From a virus (taxonomy: Duplodnaviria > Heunggongvirae > Uroviricota > Caudoviricetes), in IMG/VR virus record IMGVR_UViG_3300037512_000782, positions 188,732-252,731 of that record: DNA of 64,000 nucleotides; one strand, written 5' to 3'. Positions 46,308-55,706 of the stretch are shown here, piece by piece (position 1 is the first letter of the stretch; each line of letters starts with the position of its first letter). Made by a program: the position numbers and the translations under genes. The notes below the pieces were generated by a model, which saw only the letters and a list, made by a program, of their open reading frames with translations, searched no databases and was not told the DNA's origin.

Positions 46308-46361
46308 GACTGGCACGGCGACGGCGGGACTGCCTCGACTGGATATTTTTTCTATGTAAAC
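46308..46361 (+). promoter_or_regulatory. PeSL-like cassette, copy d (upstream of radC-like gene)
   Basis: GACTGGCAC GGCGACGG CGGGACTGCCTCG ACTGGATATTTTTTC TATGTAAAC, then AAAGGAG and ATG 46376. Core to TATGTAAAC spacing is exactly 15 nt. Confidence 0.65.
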
Positions 46362-46375
46362 GAAAGGAGTTTAAT

Positions 46376-46972
46376 ATGAAAGACGCATTTGTTCTTATGA
46401 GCACTATTCTTGGCGATGAAAATGTTGCATACGATGTATGCAGATATTTAGAGGGACGTCAGACACCGCCCACGGTAGAAGAGCTTACTCATATTCACGG
46501 TGTCGGCGAGGCGACCGCCAATAAGGTTCTCGCTTGTATGGAATTGTCGGCGACCTATATGGTCGGCACGAATACAAAGGTGTTCAGCGACCCAGACGAT
46601 ATCGCTCGCCGCTTCTGTAACCTCAAGTATGAGAATCAAGAACACTTGTATGTTCTCACGCTCGACTCGGCTAACCACGAGGTCGGCTGTCACGAGGTCA
46701 CTTGTGGGCTGGTTAACCAGACACCGTTCCATCCTCGTGAGGTGTTGCGTTACGCCCTTATGGATAACGCTGTAAGCGTTGTTCTGTGCCACAACCATCC
46801 CAGCGGCTCGACTGACCCATCGCAGCAAGATTTGGGCATTACGAGGGTGCTGGCGGCGGCTTGCAAGATAATGCAAATTGCTTTCCTCGACCACGTGATA
46901 GTATCACGCAGCGGATTTTATTCAATTTGCAGAACTAATCCGGAAATTTTTGAAGCAACACTCAAGACCTAA
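46376..46972 (+). CDS. radC: RadC-like JAB-domain protein (UPF0758/DUF2466)
   Basis: Diagnostic HNHPSGSTDPSQQDLGITRVL (HNHPSG...PS..D JAMM-like motif). N-terminal helix-hairpin-helix THIHGVGEATANKVLA. Confidence 0.85.
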   Translation: MKDAFVLMSTILGDENVAYDVCRYLEGRQTPPTVEELTHIHGVGEATANKVLACMELSATYMVGTNTKVFSDPDDIARRFCNLKYENQEHLYVLTLDSANHEVGCHEVTCGLVNQTPFHPREVLRYALMDNAVSVVLCHNHPSGSTDPSQQDLGITRVLAAACKIMQIAFLDHVIVSRSGFYSICRTNPEIFEATLKT

Positions 46973-47015
46973 TCCAAAGGGCGAACGCCCTTTTTTAATT
47001 CATTATACGTCAGAC

Positions 47016-47069
47016 GACTGGCACGACGGCGACGGGACTGCCTCGACTGGATATTTATTATATGTAAAC
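47016..47069 (+). promoter_or_regulatory. PeSL-like cassette, copy e
   Basis: GACTGGCAC ... CGGGACTGCCTCG, N15 with TATT, TATGTAAAC, AAAGGAG. Confidence 0.65.
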
Positions 47070-47082
47070 GAAAGGAGCTTAT

Positions 47083-47238
47083 ATGGACATCAAGTTCATC
47101 ATTCTTGCTATTCTCTCGCTGTTCATCACGGTCAAGGTCTTCGCGTCCGCCAAGGCTCTCCCAGCCGTCGTCGGATTCTGTGGCGTGTTCGCCATGCTCT
47201 TGATTGCGTGGAATACTATTGCAGACAAAATTCACTGA
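47083..47238 (+). CDS. small two-helix membrane protein (51 aa)
   Basis: Not in the track. Cassette e and SD AAAGGAGC lie 6 nt upstream. The product MDIKFIILAILSLFITVKVFASAKALPAVVGFCGVFAMLLIAWNTIADKIH is hydrophobic. Confidence 0.4.
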   Translation: MDIKFIILAILSLFITVKVFASAKALPAVVGFCGVFAMLLIAWNTIADKIH

Positions 47239-47270
47239 ACACAAACAACCTAACCAAGGAGTAAAAACAA

Positions 47271-47552
47271 ATGAAACTCATTGCATTTTTTGCCGCGCTC
47301 GTGCTCGCTGCTTTCATCTTCTTTGGCTGTGACGCCAAGACAAAAGAAGCTGGTGACAAGATGGCCGAGGCCACAAAAGAATTAGTTAAGACGGCGCTCA
47401 CCGAAGCCGCCGACACCGCCAAGGCCAAGGCCGCCGAGGCTGCCGATGTCGCCAAGGATAAAGCAGCAGAAGCCGCCGAAAAGGCCAAGGTAAAAGCCAA
47501 GGCCAAGGCTGCCGAAGCTGCCGAAGCCGCCGCAGAAGCTCTTAGAAAATAA
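47271..47552 (+). CDS. Ala/Lys-rich secreted protein or lipoprotein
   Basis: Signal peptide ending FFGC, then KAKAAEAA repeats. Terminator 47568-47600. Confidence 0.55.
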   Translation: MKLIAFFAALVLAAFIFFGCDAKTKEAGDKMAEATKELVKTALTEAADTAKAKAAEAADVAKDKAAEAAEKAKVKAKAKAAEAAEAAAEALRK

Positions 47553-47833
47553 AATAACACGGCATGGGCTACGCCGAGGAGTAGCCCACCTTTTTATTTG
47601 GGACTCTATAACATGGCTAAATCAAGCAAAATTATCACGGTGCGCACCACTAAGCGCGTGGGCGGTCGATAATGAAAGTCGATATCGTATACATCAAGTT
47701 GACCCCAGTCGAGGGCGCGTGGTGGCGCAAGATCGCTAGCAAGAAGAAGTAGACTGGCAAGAGCTTGGCGGGACTGCTCCCCAAGCTTATTACATCTATG
47801 TAAGCAGTTGAACCCCTAACCAAGGAGATTGAT

Positions 47834-48352
47834 ATGGGTTTTGCAAATCCTAAAGGTCGCTACCATGTAGGGCCTAAGAAGAAGACACGCTCTCGCAAGT
47901 TCCACAAGCCTATCTGTGACGAAGTCAAGCAGACAAGTGGTCTCAATCCGATGGACGAAGCCACCGTCAAGGTGCTTAGTCAGATGGACGATACTGCCAT
48001 GGGCGAGTTCGTCATGGCGACCGCACATCCGAATCCGAAGGATGTGGTCATCATCAAGGAGAATGGCCGTGTCAAGCCTCTCGTGCTTGATGACAACGAT
48101 GAGCGTCAGACCAACCGTGGGCGTGTCTATGTCGGTCTCGGTGGTGTCGGTGTCGGTCTCGGTGTCGGTCTCGGCTCTCGTCCGACCGAACGCCACGATG
48201 ACGATGACCGCGAACCCGTGGTGGTCATTCCGACACGCACCGCAAGGGTCGCTACTCCGACTCCGAAGGTCACGGCTCCGCAGACCGAAGGCGAGATTGT
48301 GGGCTACATTATCAAGAAGCCGAATGGCGAATTGGTTTTGAAGCTCAAATAA
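47834..48352 (+). CDS. hypothetical protein
   Basis: Cassette f plus SD AAGGAGA. Contains VGLGGVGVGLGVGLG low-complexity. Terminator 48366-48400. Confidence 0.55.
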   Translation: MGFANPKGRYHVGPKKKTRSRKFHKPICDEVKQTSGLNPMDEATVKVLSQMDDTAMGEFVMATAHPNPKDVVIIKENGRVKPLVLDDNDERQTNRGRVYVGLGGVGVGLGVGLGSRPTERHDDDDREPVVVIPTRTARVATPTPKVTAPQTEGEIVGYIIKKPNGELVLKLK

Positions 48353-48432
48353 ACTTCGGTCGCAAATGGCTAGGGTTGCTCCCTAGCCATTTATTTTCTA
48401 TCTTTCACCCTCAATTAAAGGAGAAATAAAAA

Positions 48433-48804
48433 ATGAAAAAGACAATCCTAGCAATTCTTTTGTTTGCAGTGCTCGCCCTCGCTGAAAACTTTAATACCGA
48501 CAAGGGTCTCGTCACCGTATCTAAGAACAAGTACGGCACGGAATATGTTTTGCATCCCTCGGCTCCGCTCGCTGGTCTCGGTGATGTCAAGCGCATTGAA
48601 ATGAACGAGTGCAGCGACTTCAAAAACATTATTATTACCTACAATGACGGTACGGTACAGCAGTACAGCGCAGACGGCGACAAGACGCCCACGATGACTA
48701 TACAGCGCGACGACCGCTTTATATCGTGGGAAAATATAAGTGCGAACAAGTTTGCTAAAGCGTGGCGAACCTACAGCAAGATATTCCAGGGCTACACCGC
48801 ATAG
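48433..48804 (+). CDS. secreted hypothetical protein
   Basis: Signal peptide MKKTILAILLFAVLALA. SD AAAGGAGA. Confidence 0.55.
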   Translation: MKKTILAILLFAVLALAENFNTDKGLVTVSKNKYGTEYVLHPSAPLAGLGDVKRIEMNECSDFKNIIITYNDGTVQQYSADGDKTPTMTIQRDDRFISWENISANKFAKAWRTYSKIFQGYTA

Positions 48805-48931
48805 GGTAGCCCCCTTTTTTGTAGGGATCGATCCGGACGACTGGCACGACGGCGACGGGACTGCTCCGCTGGTGTATTATATTCATGTAAGCAAGAGAGC
48901 TTACGGCTACACCACTCACAAGGAGTTTTAT

Positions 48932-49513
48932 ATGTCAAGAAGACAATCGACTAGCGAAACCGAATCTCTGAACTATGTATGGACTGATTCCGTGGACTTG
49001 ACCAAGAGCAAGTCCTACGAGACCGAACGCAACGACGACGGCAACGAGGTGTTCATCTTCTGTGGCAAGGAGGTCTACGAGAAGCTGGAGTGCGGCAACT
49101 CCAGCGCCACCAAGGACATCGTGGCTGGGCTGCTGGGCTGGCTCGCTCAAGGCGACAGAGGCGACGCTGGTAGCGTCGAGGTCAACGGCTGGTACGAACC
49201 GCCTACCTACTGCTGGAGCGACCCCAGCTGCTCCGACCCAGGCGACGGCGACATCACGAGCGCCATCGTATCGCTGGCTACTGGACTGGAGGACAGCTTC
49301 AGAGAGGACATCGACCTCTACTTCAAGGACATCAGCGAACTGGACGCTGAAGCTCTCAAGACTATGGACATCGACGCCATAATCGAGAAGTGCCGAGAAG
49401 TCAAGGGCGAAAACAAGAACTGGAACGCCAGTGCCAAGAAAGTTTACAATAGGTTCCCCAAGCTTCTCGCGGAAGAACTTTATTCTGAACTTGATGGTAA
49501 GGACATTCTTTAA
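48932..49513 (+). CDS. hypothetical protein
   Basis: Start moved to ATG 48932, which follows cassette g and SD AAGGAG. Track ORF starts at 48740. Confidence 0.55.
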   Translation: MSRRQSTSETESLNYVWTDSVDLTKSKSYETERNDDGNEVFIFCGKEVYEKLECGNSSATKDIVAGLLGWLAQGDRGDAGSVEVNGWYEPPTYCWSDPSCSDPGDGDITSAIVSLATGLEDSFREDIDLYFKDISELDAEALKTMDIDAIIEKCREVKGENKNWNASAKKVYNRFPKLLAEELYSELDGKDIL

Positions 49514-49514
49514 T

Positions 49515-49545
49515 CAAGGGGCGCAAGCCCCTTTTTATTTTATTT
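49515..49545 (+). terminator. intrinsic terminator (GGGGCGCAAGCCCC family)
   Basis: AAGGGGCGCAAGCCCCTTTTTATTTT. Confidence 0.7.
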
Positions 49546-49637
49546 GTGATCGATCCGGACGACTGGCAGTCCAGCGACGGGGCTGCCTCTACTGGATATT
49601 TTATTTATGTAAACAAGTTCAACCAAGGAGTTATCCA

Positions 49638-49940
49638 ATGTACAAAATTCAAGTTATGCCGTTCCGTGGCGCGATGTACGCCATCAATGTACTCAACACT
49701 GACACCAACAAGCAGTGCAAATTTATGGTAGGCGTCGATACTACCGTGGGCTACGCCAATGGTCAGAGCAAGACGCTCGACGCTGGCGGACATACGCTGA
49801 ACATTGATAGCCGCTCTCCTACTCCAGGCTTCGCACCCAAGAACGAGATGACCAAGGACGAAGTCAAGGCGGAGTTCGACGCCATGTGTACGGCTATCGC
49901 CGAAGATTTTACCAAGAGCTTAACCACAACCAAGGAGTAA
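49638..49940 (+). CDS. hypothetical protein
   Basis: ATG 49638 after cassette h and SD AAGGAG. Confidence 0.5.
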   Translation: MYKIQVMPFRGAMYAINVLNTDTNKQCKFMVGVDTTVGYANGQSKTLDAGGHTLNIDSRSPTPGFAPKNEMTKDEVKAEFDAMCTAIAEDFTKSLTTTKE

Positions 49941-49943
49941 ACT

Positions 49944-50120
49944 ATGCTGAAAGTATGGCGTGAAGTGAAACAAGTCTGTGCCCTCGCTGGGTTCAAGTAT
50001 CTAGGCCGTGACGACTTTGCATTTGCAAAGAAGCTGCTGGCCGCTGGCAAGAAGCCGAGAGAGATAGCCAATAGGGTTCTCGACTCTATCTATGGCCTTG
50101 AAAAATGTTACGACTGCTAG
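49944..50120 (+). CDS. small protein (58 aa)
   Basis: Not in the track. SD AAGGAG overlaps the previous stop. Product is MLKVWREVKQVCALAGFKYLGRDDFAFAKKLLAAGKKPREIANRVLDSIYGLEKCYDC. Confidence 0.35.
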   Translation: MLKVWREVKQVCALAGFKYLGRDDFAFAKKLLAAGKKPREIANRVLDSIYGLEKCYDC

Positions 50121-50420
50121 GGGCTGCCATGATGACCAAGATAATTAAAGTCAAGGTGAACGGACGGATAGAAGATATTACCGTGACCGTGGGCATGAGA
50201 AAGGTGGAACCGCAACCGCAACGGTCTCGCTTCCGTCTGCCCAAGTTAGGAATGTTGTTTCACTGGTAAGGGGCGCAAGCCCCTTTTTTTCGTATAGGCG
50301 CTTTACAATTCGCACGGATCGATCGATAATAACTGTAGAGACTGGCACCGCGACGGCGGGACTGCTCTCGACATGTATTATATTTATGTAAACGATACAC
50401 CACTTAACAAGGAGTTCAAC

Positions 50421-50840
50421 ATGGAAGTATCTGTTGTTTCTCGCACCGATTCTGAACACCGCATCCTTGAGAGTGTCCACTTGGACAAGCACGAGGCTGA
50501 AGAAGCTCGCCTCGCCATCGTCAAGCGCTACAAGAATGCGCCTCACCTCTGCACCGACACGGAGACGGACAGCTTCACCGTCGATGTGTGGGTGGCTACC
50601 AAGGTCAAGGCGACCAAGGACGGCCAAGCTCCGGAGACGACGGTGCTCGCCGTCGGCAGCCAGCGCAAGTGCGAAGGCGCAGCAGCCCTCGAAGTGGCGT
50701 CGCTGGAGCGCTTCGTCAACGGCGAGGTCGAGGGCGACGCTGACCACGGCTGGACGGCGACGGACGACGACACTGGAGCCACCTACACGGTGCAGCTGCA
50801 CCACGGCTCCGCTAACCCTTTAATCACCATTGGAGGCTAA
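50421..50840 (+). CDS. hypothetical protein
   Basis: ATG 50421 after cassette i and SD AAGGAG. Confidence 0.5.
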   Translation: MEVSVVSRTDSEHRILESVHLDKHEAEEARLAIVKRYKNAPHLCTDTETDSFTVDVWVATKVKATKDGQAPETTVLAVGSQRKCEGAAALEVASLERFVNGEVEGDADHGWTATDDDTGATYTVQLHHGSANPLITIGG

Positions 50841-50841
50841 T

Positions 50842-50991
50842 ATGGCTAACTTCGAACAGTATCTGAAAGAACAGCATAACATGACCATCAGCGAATATCA
50901 AGCGCTGGACAACGACACGAGACTCGGTTTTCTCCGTGGTCATCAGATGTTCAATATGCTTGAGCTTCTTGATAAGGTCAGAAGCCGTTAA
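50842..50991 (+). CDS. small protein (49 aa)
   Basis: Not in the track. SD GGAGG lies 8 nt upstream. Terminator 51001-51034 follows. Confidence 0.35.
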   Translation: MANFEQYLKEQHNMTISEYQALDNDTRLGFLRGHQMFNMLELLDKVRSR

Positions 50992-51000
50992 TAAAATTTT

Positions 51001-51034
51001 GGTGAGTATCAACATGATACTCACCATTTTATTA
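51001..51034 (+). terminator. intrinsic terminator
   Basis: GGTGAGTATC-aacat-GATACTCACC followed by ATTTTATT. Confidence 0.65.
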
Positions 51035-51101
51035 ACACTTTATCAACAAGATCTCAACAAAATATTAAACATTATTCACCATCTATCAACAAGGAGGCCG
51101 T

Positions 51102-51374
51102 ATGGCCAAGCTCTATTATCTCGAAAACTCGGTTCCTACATACAACGACCAAGCTAAATATTTTGTTAGTGGTAGCGATGCTAGTGGCGAACACTACAAC
51201 GGTGCGAGCGATTTGCTGAACGCTCGATTCTTCTTTGACGAGGAAGAAGCGAAGCGCTGTATTCACACGGCAAATAATTGGTGGCAGAAGTACGACTTCA
51301 AAGTCAAGTCCATTGAAATCACCGAGCTTCAAAGCTTGATGGCGAAGAAGAAAGATTCATTCATACTTATCTAA
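51102..51374 (+). CDS. hypothetical protein
   Basis: SD AAGGAGG; 90 aa. Confidence 0.5.
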   Translation: MAKLYYLENSVPTYNDQAKYFVSGSDASGEHYNGASDLLNARFFFDEEEAKRCIHTANNWWQKYDFKVKSIEITELQSLMAKKKDSFILI

Positions 51375-51379
51375 CTGGA

Positions 51380-51426
51380 TGGACGACGACGGGGCTGCCT
51401 CGCCGTCGTATTTTTGTTGTACGAAC
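51380..51426 (+). promoter_or_regulatory. PeSL-like cassette, copy j
   Basis: GACGACGAC-GGGGCTGCCT-CGCCGTCGT: covarying stem around the conserved loop. N15 then TGTACGAACC, then AAGGAG. Confidence 0.6.
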
Positions 51427-51443
51427 CTAACAAGGAGTTGACT

Positions 51444-51734
51444 ATGGTTGATATGAATACACCGCTTGCACCGGAAATTGAAGCTGCTCTCGCCAAACTG
51501 GACGACGGCGAGGTCATTGAGTGTGACATCAAGTATAAGGATAACGGCGAACTGCGCACTGGCGTATCGATAGCGTTGCACGGCGACGACTGCCAAGACG
51601 GTAGCGACGACGATATCTTCTTCTACTGTGACAGCTTGAACGACTTCAGAGCGCTGCTCAAAGAGGACAACGGCGAGGACTTTGTGGTCGTCGGCTTTGA
51701 CAACGGCAAGGAAGGAGGAAGCTGGCATAGCTAG
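51444..51734 (+). CDS. hypothetical acidic protein
   Basis: Cassette j plus SD AAGGAG. Confidence 0.5.
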   Translation: MVDMNTPLAPEIEAALAKLDDGEVIECDIKYKDNGELRTGVSIALHGDDCQDGSDDDIFFYCDSLNDFRALLKEDNGEDFVVVGFDNGKEGGSWHS

Positions 51735-51744
51735 CAGACTGACA

Positions 51745-51791
51745 TCCGGACGGCGAGGCTGCCTCGTCGTCCTATTCCTTCTATACAACCT
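51745..51791 (+). promoter_or_regulatory. PeSL-like cassette, copy k
   Basis: GGACGGCGA-GGCTGCCT-CGTCGTCC, then TATTCCTTC TATACAACC, then AAGGAG. Confidence 0.6.
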
Positions 51792-51806
51792 CAACAAGGA
51801 GCTGCT

Positions 51807-52280
51807 ATGAAACTGGAATATAAGGTGGACAAGGTATCGTTGACCATCGTGAAAGTGCCGTCTGATTATCGTGAATGTTCTGTTTGTGGACACTGGAAAC
51901 CGTTTAGCGAGTTCTGTAACCAGCAAGGAGTAATGACACGCACGAACTGTTCAGACTGCTACAATATGCCGTTGGAAGATATGCGAGCGCTGTCCAAGCA
52001 GACAAGCGATTTTATACGCGCCCATCGTGTGGACATTTACAACATTTCTGAACGTGTCACTACTGGTAGCCAGTTGATGACCAAGAGAGCTTTCTTGGAA
52101 CAGATAACCGAACAGCTAAAGGATATCGGCGACAACGAGCTTGTGCATGCGGTATATGATACCTATGACCCAGACGGCTATTCATGTAAGGAACCATTGA
52201 ATAACTTGTCGGTAAACACAAAGCGCACCAAGATAGAACTGGATGTTCCGACAGACATCGTCCAGGTCACTCTCTGCTAA
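51807..52280 (+). CDS. hypothetical protein with Cys4 zinc-ribbon-like motif
   Basis: CSVCGHW ... CSDCYN. Cassette k. Confidence 0.5.
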   Translation: MKLEYKVDKVSLTIVKVPSDYRECSVCGHWKPFSEFCNQQGVMTRTNCSDCYNMPLEDMRALSKQTSDFIRAHRVDIYNISERVTTGSQLMTKRAFLEQITEQLKDIGDNELVHAVYDTYDPDGYSCKEPLNNLSVNTKRTKIELDVPTDIVQVTLC

Positions 52281-52285
52281 CTGGC

Positions 52286-52332
52286 TACTGGACGACGGGG
52301 CTGCCTCGTCGTCCTATTATTTCTATACAACC
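52286..52332 (+). promoter_or_regulatory. PeSL-like cassette, copy l
   Basis: GGACGACG-GGGCTGCCT-CGTCGTCC, then TATTATTTC TATACAACC. Confidence 0.6.
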
Positions 52333-52350
52333 TAATCAAGGAGCTTGAAA

Positions 52351-52908
52351 ATGAAACGAGTAAATGTAGAAGTCAAGGGCGTTATCTCTCTTATGATTGA
52401 TGACGATGCAAATGTGGAAGATGTTCTCACCCATGCGACACTGGTGGATGTGAAGCAGTCAACTGTGATTGAATCCCACGAGGTCAGTGAAGAGGCACTG
52501 GACTGGGCCGTCTACTACAACGAGAAGTACGGCGTACTGCTCCAGATGGTGCTGGGTTCCGGCTCCAACATCTCCGACGAGGACGGCCAGTACATCAACG
52601 GCGTGTTCGTGACCTACGACCAGGACATCGTCGGCTCTACCTACAGTATCAGCGCCGAGCTTGCCAAGGAGCTTCTGGAAGGTAAGCACGAGGTAGACGG
52701 CTCTTGCGACGGCGTTCTGACCATTGACGGCAATGACCTTAATGTCGAGGATTCTGGCGACGACGACCAGGACTACGAGGCACAGTGGGTAGGCTATCAG
52801 AAACAGATGGGCAACATCGGACACCGTGAATGTTTGGTTGGCTACCTTGACCTCATCGGCTACAACAGCAATGAGGCGGACGACTGGAAACTGGTTGCGA
52901 AGGGCTAA
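52351..52908 (+). CDS. hypothetical acidic protein
   Basis: Track start 52345 is TTG; the ATG is 52351. Cassette l. Confidence 0.5.
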   Translation: MKRVNVEVKGVISLMIDDDANVEDVLTHATLVDVKQSTVIESHEVSEEALDWAVYYNEKYGVLLQMVLGSGSNISDEDGQYINGVFVTYDQDIVGSTYSISAELAKELLEGKHEVDGSCDGVLTIDGNDLNVEDSGDDDQDYEAQWVGYQKQMGNIGHRECLVGYLDLIGYNSNEADDWKLVAKG

Positions 52909-53027
52909 AGAATGGGGCGAGTGCCCCATTTTTTATTTGTTCGCCGATCGATCCGGACGACTGGCACAGCAGCGACGGGGCTGCCTCGACTGGATATTTT
53001 ATCTATGAAACCAACAAGGAGATTACC

Positions 53028-53432
53028 ATGGCTAAGAAAATCATTAACAAAGAAATTGAATTCGTTCAGAAAGCAAAGGCTATTGTGTTCGAGTCTAACC
53101 AAGATTCGCTGGCGAGCGCTAAGGCTGGCGATACGCTGGTCGTCGATGACCAGTACGGTATCGAACACGGTAAGTGGCTCTCGATACGGTCTGGCGACGA
53201 GTTCAGAGTGAAGTTCGTGGACACGCATAACCCCTTGATGAAGCCAGTCTACATCGTGGTCGTGACTAAGGCTCCGTCTGACGGTGGCTATTCTCCACGC
53301 CACAAGGTAGGCGACGAGCTTGAAATCAGCGAGCACATGCCGTTGTACGCCCACATCCACAAGAAGAACGACCCCACATTGGCGACAAGGCTCCGCAAGC
53401 TCTGCCGAGACTACCTCGACGGACTGCTGTAG
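53028..53432 (+). CDS. hypothetical protein
   Basis: Cassette m plus SD AAGGAG. Confidence 0.5.
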   Translation: MAKKIINKEIEFVQKAKAIVFESNQDSLASAKAGDTLVVDDQYGIEHGKWLSIRSGDEFRVKFVDTHNPLMKPVYIVVVTKAPSDGGYSPRHKVGDELEISEHMPLYAHIHKKNDPTLATRLRKLCRDYLDGLL

Positions 53433-53489
53433 CGACGACGGGGCTGCCCAGCAGCCCTATTCCTTTATTGTAACCAACAAGGAGCTACT

Positions 53490-53936
53490 ATGATGAAAAT
53501 CGTAACCAAGTCTATCAAGATACCGCAGAGCCGTGAGGATTTCCATGGGATGATGGAATTTATCCGTGAACACGCCCAGTTTAAGGAAGAGCACAATGTT
53601 AAAGCCGTCCAAGGTCGCATTAGGGATAACTATTGCTGCAATTATGGGGCAAAAGACAAGCCTAAAGCTTACAAGGTGCTTGACTTCTTTGTGGAATGTG
53701 GGGCAATGCTCCGCACTCTCAAGCGACTTCCGCTTGACACGTTCGGTGTCCGTATGGACGATGTAATTAAGGGGATAGAACAGCCCTACGGCGAATATGT
53801 TGCCAAGATGTGGGATTTCTTGCGACACTATCCTAGAGATTGGCAACTTAGAGATACACAGATGTTCCCCTTTGAAGTTAACGAGTCATTGGGCAAGGTC
53901 AGACAGCTCTCCAAACAGCTGGGAGACTGGATATAA
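53490..53936 (+). CDS. hypothetical protein
   Basis: Cassette n plus SD AAGGAG. Confidence 0.5.
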   Translation: MMKIVTKSIKIPQSREDFHGMMEFIREHAQFKEEHNVKAVQGRIRDNYCCNYGAKDKPKAYKVLDFFVECGAMLRTLKRLPLDTFGVRMDDVIKGIEQPYGEYVAKMWDFLRHYPRDWQLRDTQMFPFEVNESLGKVRQLSKQLGDWI

Positions 53937-53978
53937 GATGACGGGGCTGCCTCGCAGCCCTATTCATTTATTGTAACC
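53932..53978 (+). promoter_or_regulatory. PeSL-like cassette, copy o
   Basis: GACGGGGCTGCCTCGCAGCCC (the core pairs with GCAGCCC), then TATTCATTT ATTGTAACC, then AAGGAG. Close copies n (53430-53476), p (54610-54656) and q (55138-55184). Confidence 0.6.
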
Positions 53979-53993
53979 AACAAGGAGTTCAAT

Positions 53994-54608
53994 ATGCAAA
54001 GACTTTATAAGTTCTACATCGCCCACGCACACGGCTGCTTTATGGATCCAAGCGAACGCTATCTTGCTCGCTCTATGTTCTCGTGTGAAGATACTGCTGA
54101 CACCCAGCTGCATCACAGTGCGCAAGAGTTTCTGCGCAGCCATGTGGGCTGTATCCATTTCAGCGAGCCACAGACCATTCTCGAATCTAAGGCCGACGAC
54201 GAGTGCAAGGTGCTTTGGAAGAAGCACGAGGACGACATCGAGGCTATCCAAGTCAAGTACACGGAGCTGCTTCGCAAGGCTTCAGAGAAGCTTCCTCGCA
54301 GTGCGCTGATGTTCGAGAGCGATGAGTGCAACAAGCTCATTAACGAGCGAGCCAACGAGTACCGCAAGGTTGACGACGAGTACAGCACCGCTCGCGACGC
54401 CGTCTATGCCAAGTGCGAAGAGGCCAAGAAAGAATGGCGTATCTACAAGGCCGAGGATGTGGACGCATTTATTAAGAAGTGCCAGGCCTACAATAAAGAA
54501 AAGAAAAAGTCTGGGCTGCAATTCTATTGCACCATCGACCGAAAGAAAGATAACAGTGGCTTCCCCTATGTGGACATGGGCTACTGCAAGATGCAGGTCG
54601 AAGACTGA
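53994..54608 (+). CDS. hypothetical protein
   Basis: Cassette o plus SD AAGGAG. Confidence 0.5.
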   Translation: MQRLYKFYIAHAHGCFMDPSERYLARSMFSCEDTADTQLHHSAQEFLRSHVGCIHFSEPQTILESKADDECKVLWKKHEDDIEAIQVKYTELLRKASEKLPRSALMFESDECNKLINERANEYRKVDDEYSTARDAVYAKCEEAKKEWRIYKAEDVDAFIKKCQAYNKEKKKSGLQFYCTIDRKKDNSGFPYVDMGYCKMQVED

Positions 54609-54672
54609 CCGATCGACGACGGGGCTGCCTCGCAGCCCTATTTTATTTTTGTAACATCAACAAGGAGCTTTT

Positions 54673-55131
54673 ATGAATACGAAATATAGCATTGCCAGTG
54701 CGGATGGATTCCAGACCACCAGCGGACAAATTGTCGAATTCAAGTTGGGCAGCTCGCCGACAATCGAGGCACTGCGAGCCGACCTCGAAACTTTGTCTAA
54801 AGAAGCGCCCATCAAGGTCTGCTTGCTGGATTTGACGGCTGCGGTGCTGCGAGCCGAACAGCTCTACACCGACAAGACGGTCACTGGGCTGGTGATTGAC
54901 CCAACACAGAAGGTATCAAGCTCGTGGGACTTGTTCAGCGACGGCACTCATCGAGAAATCTGGGAAGTGTGGACACGCATCCGCAAGGACGGCAAGTGGG
55001 TCTTTGGTACTAGCTACTTGTTCGAGTGCGAACGGCTGCCGACCGACTATAGCAAGTCTATGCTACACGCTGACTACCTCGTGTGGGGAATTCATGAGTC
55101 TGACGACATGTGGGGCAAGGTCGCTGGCTAG
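54673..55131 (+). CDS. hypothetical protein
   Basis: Cassette p plus SD AAGGAG. Confidence 0.5.
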   Translation: MNTKYSIASADGFQTTSGQIVEFKLGSSPTIEALRADLETLSKEAPIKVCLLDLTAAVLRAEQLYTDKTVTGLVIDPTQKVSSSWDLFSDGTHREIWEVWTRIRKDGKWVFGTSYLFECERLPTDYSKSMLHADYLVWGIHESDDMWGKVAG

Positions 55132-55211
55132 ACTGAAACAAGATCGACGGGGCTGCCACGCAGCCCTATTTCTTTTATACAAACCCAATCACAATCAACC
55201 AAGGAGTTATT

Positions 55212-55658
55212 ATGGGTCACTATATCAGCGGTAAAGAAGTTTACAAGGTTAAGTTCCGTCCAGGCTACGAAAAGACTGACTTCGAAAAGTGGTGGATGAA
55301 TCAGACGCCTTACACTCGTGACCATAGCGGGTGCCAGGGAATCTCCGTCAAGGTGGACTCTACGGACAACCTCACCAAGCTCCGCAAGGACAGGTTCTAC
55401 AAGACGGTCGACAAGAAGTACGGCGACTTCTTGAGCTATCCGAATAGCTACTGTTGCAACGCCGTGCTCGTGGGCATTGTCGGTTGGCGTTCTGAACGCA
55501 AGGTGCGCAAGGTGGTCGACCACCACATCAAGGAAGTCACCGAGAGCCGTACCTACAAGACCAAGCCCACCAAGGGGCTGAAGGGATCGACTATCTACGC
55601 TATCGGTGAGTTCGTGATCTGCTACGATGGGCGCGACTACGATCCGATGGAACACTAG
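55212..55658 (+). CDS. hypothetical protein
   Basis: Cassette q plus SD AAGGAG. Terminator 55662-55690. Confidence 0.5.
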   Translation: MGHYISGKEVYKVKFRPGYEKTDFEKWWMNQTPYTRDHSGCQGISVKVDSTDNLTKLRKDRFYKTVDKKYGDFLSYPNSYCCNAVLVGIVGWRSERKVRKVVDHHIKEVTESRTYKTKPTKGLKGSTIYAIGEFVICYDGRDYDPMEH

Positions 55659-55706
55659 AACCAAGGGGCGCAAGCCCCTTCTTTTGTTTGTAAAATATAA
55701 CAAAAC

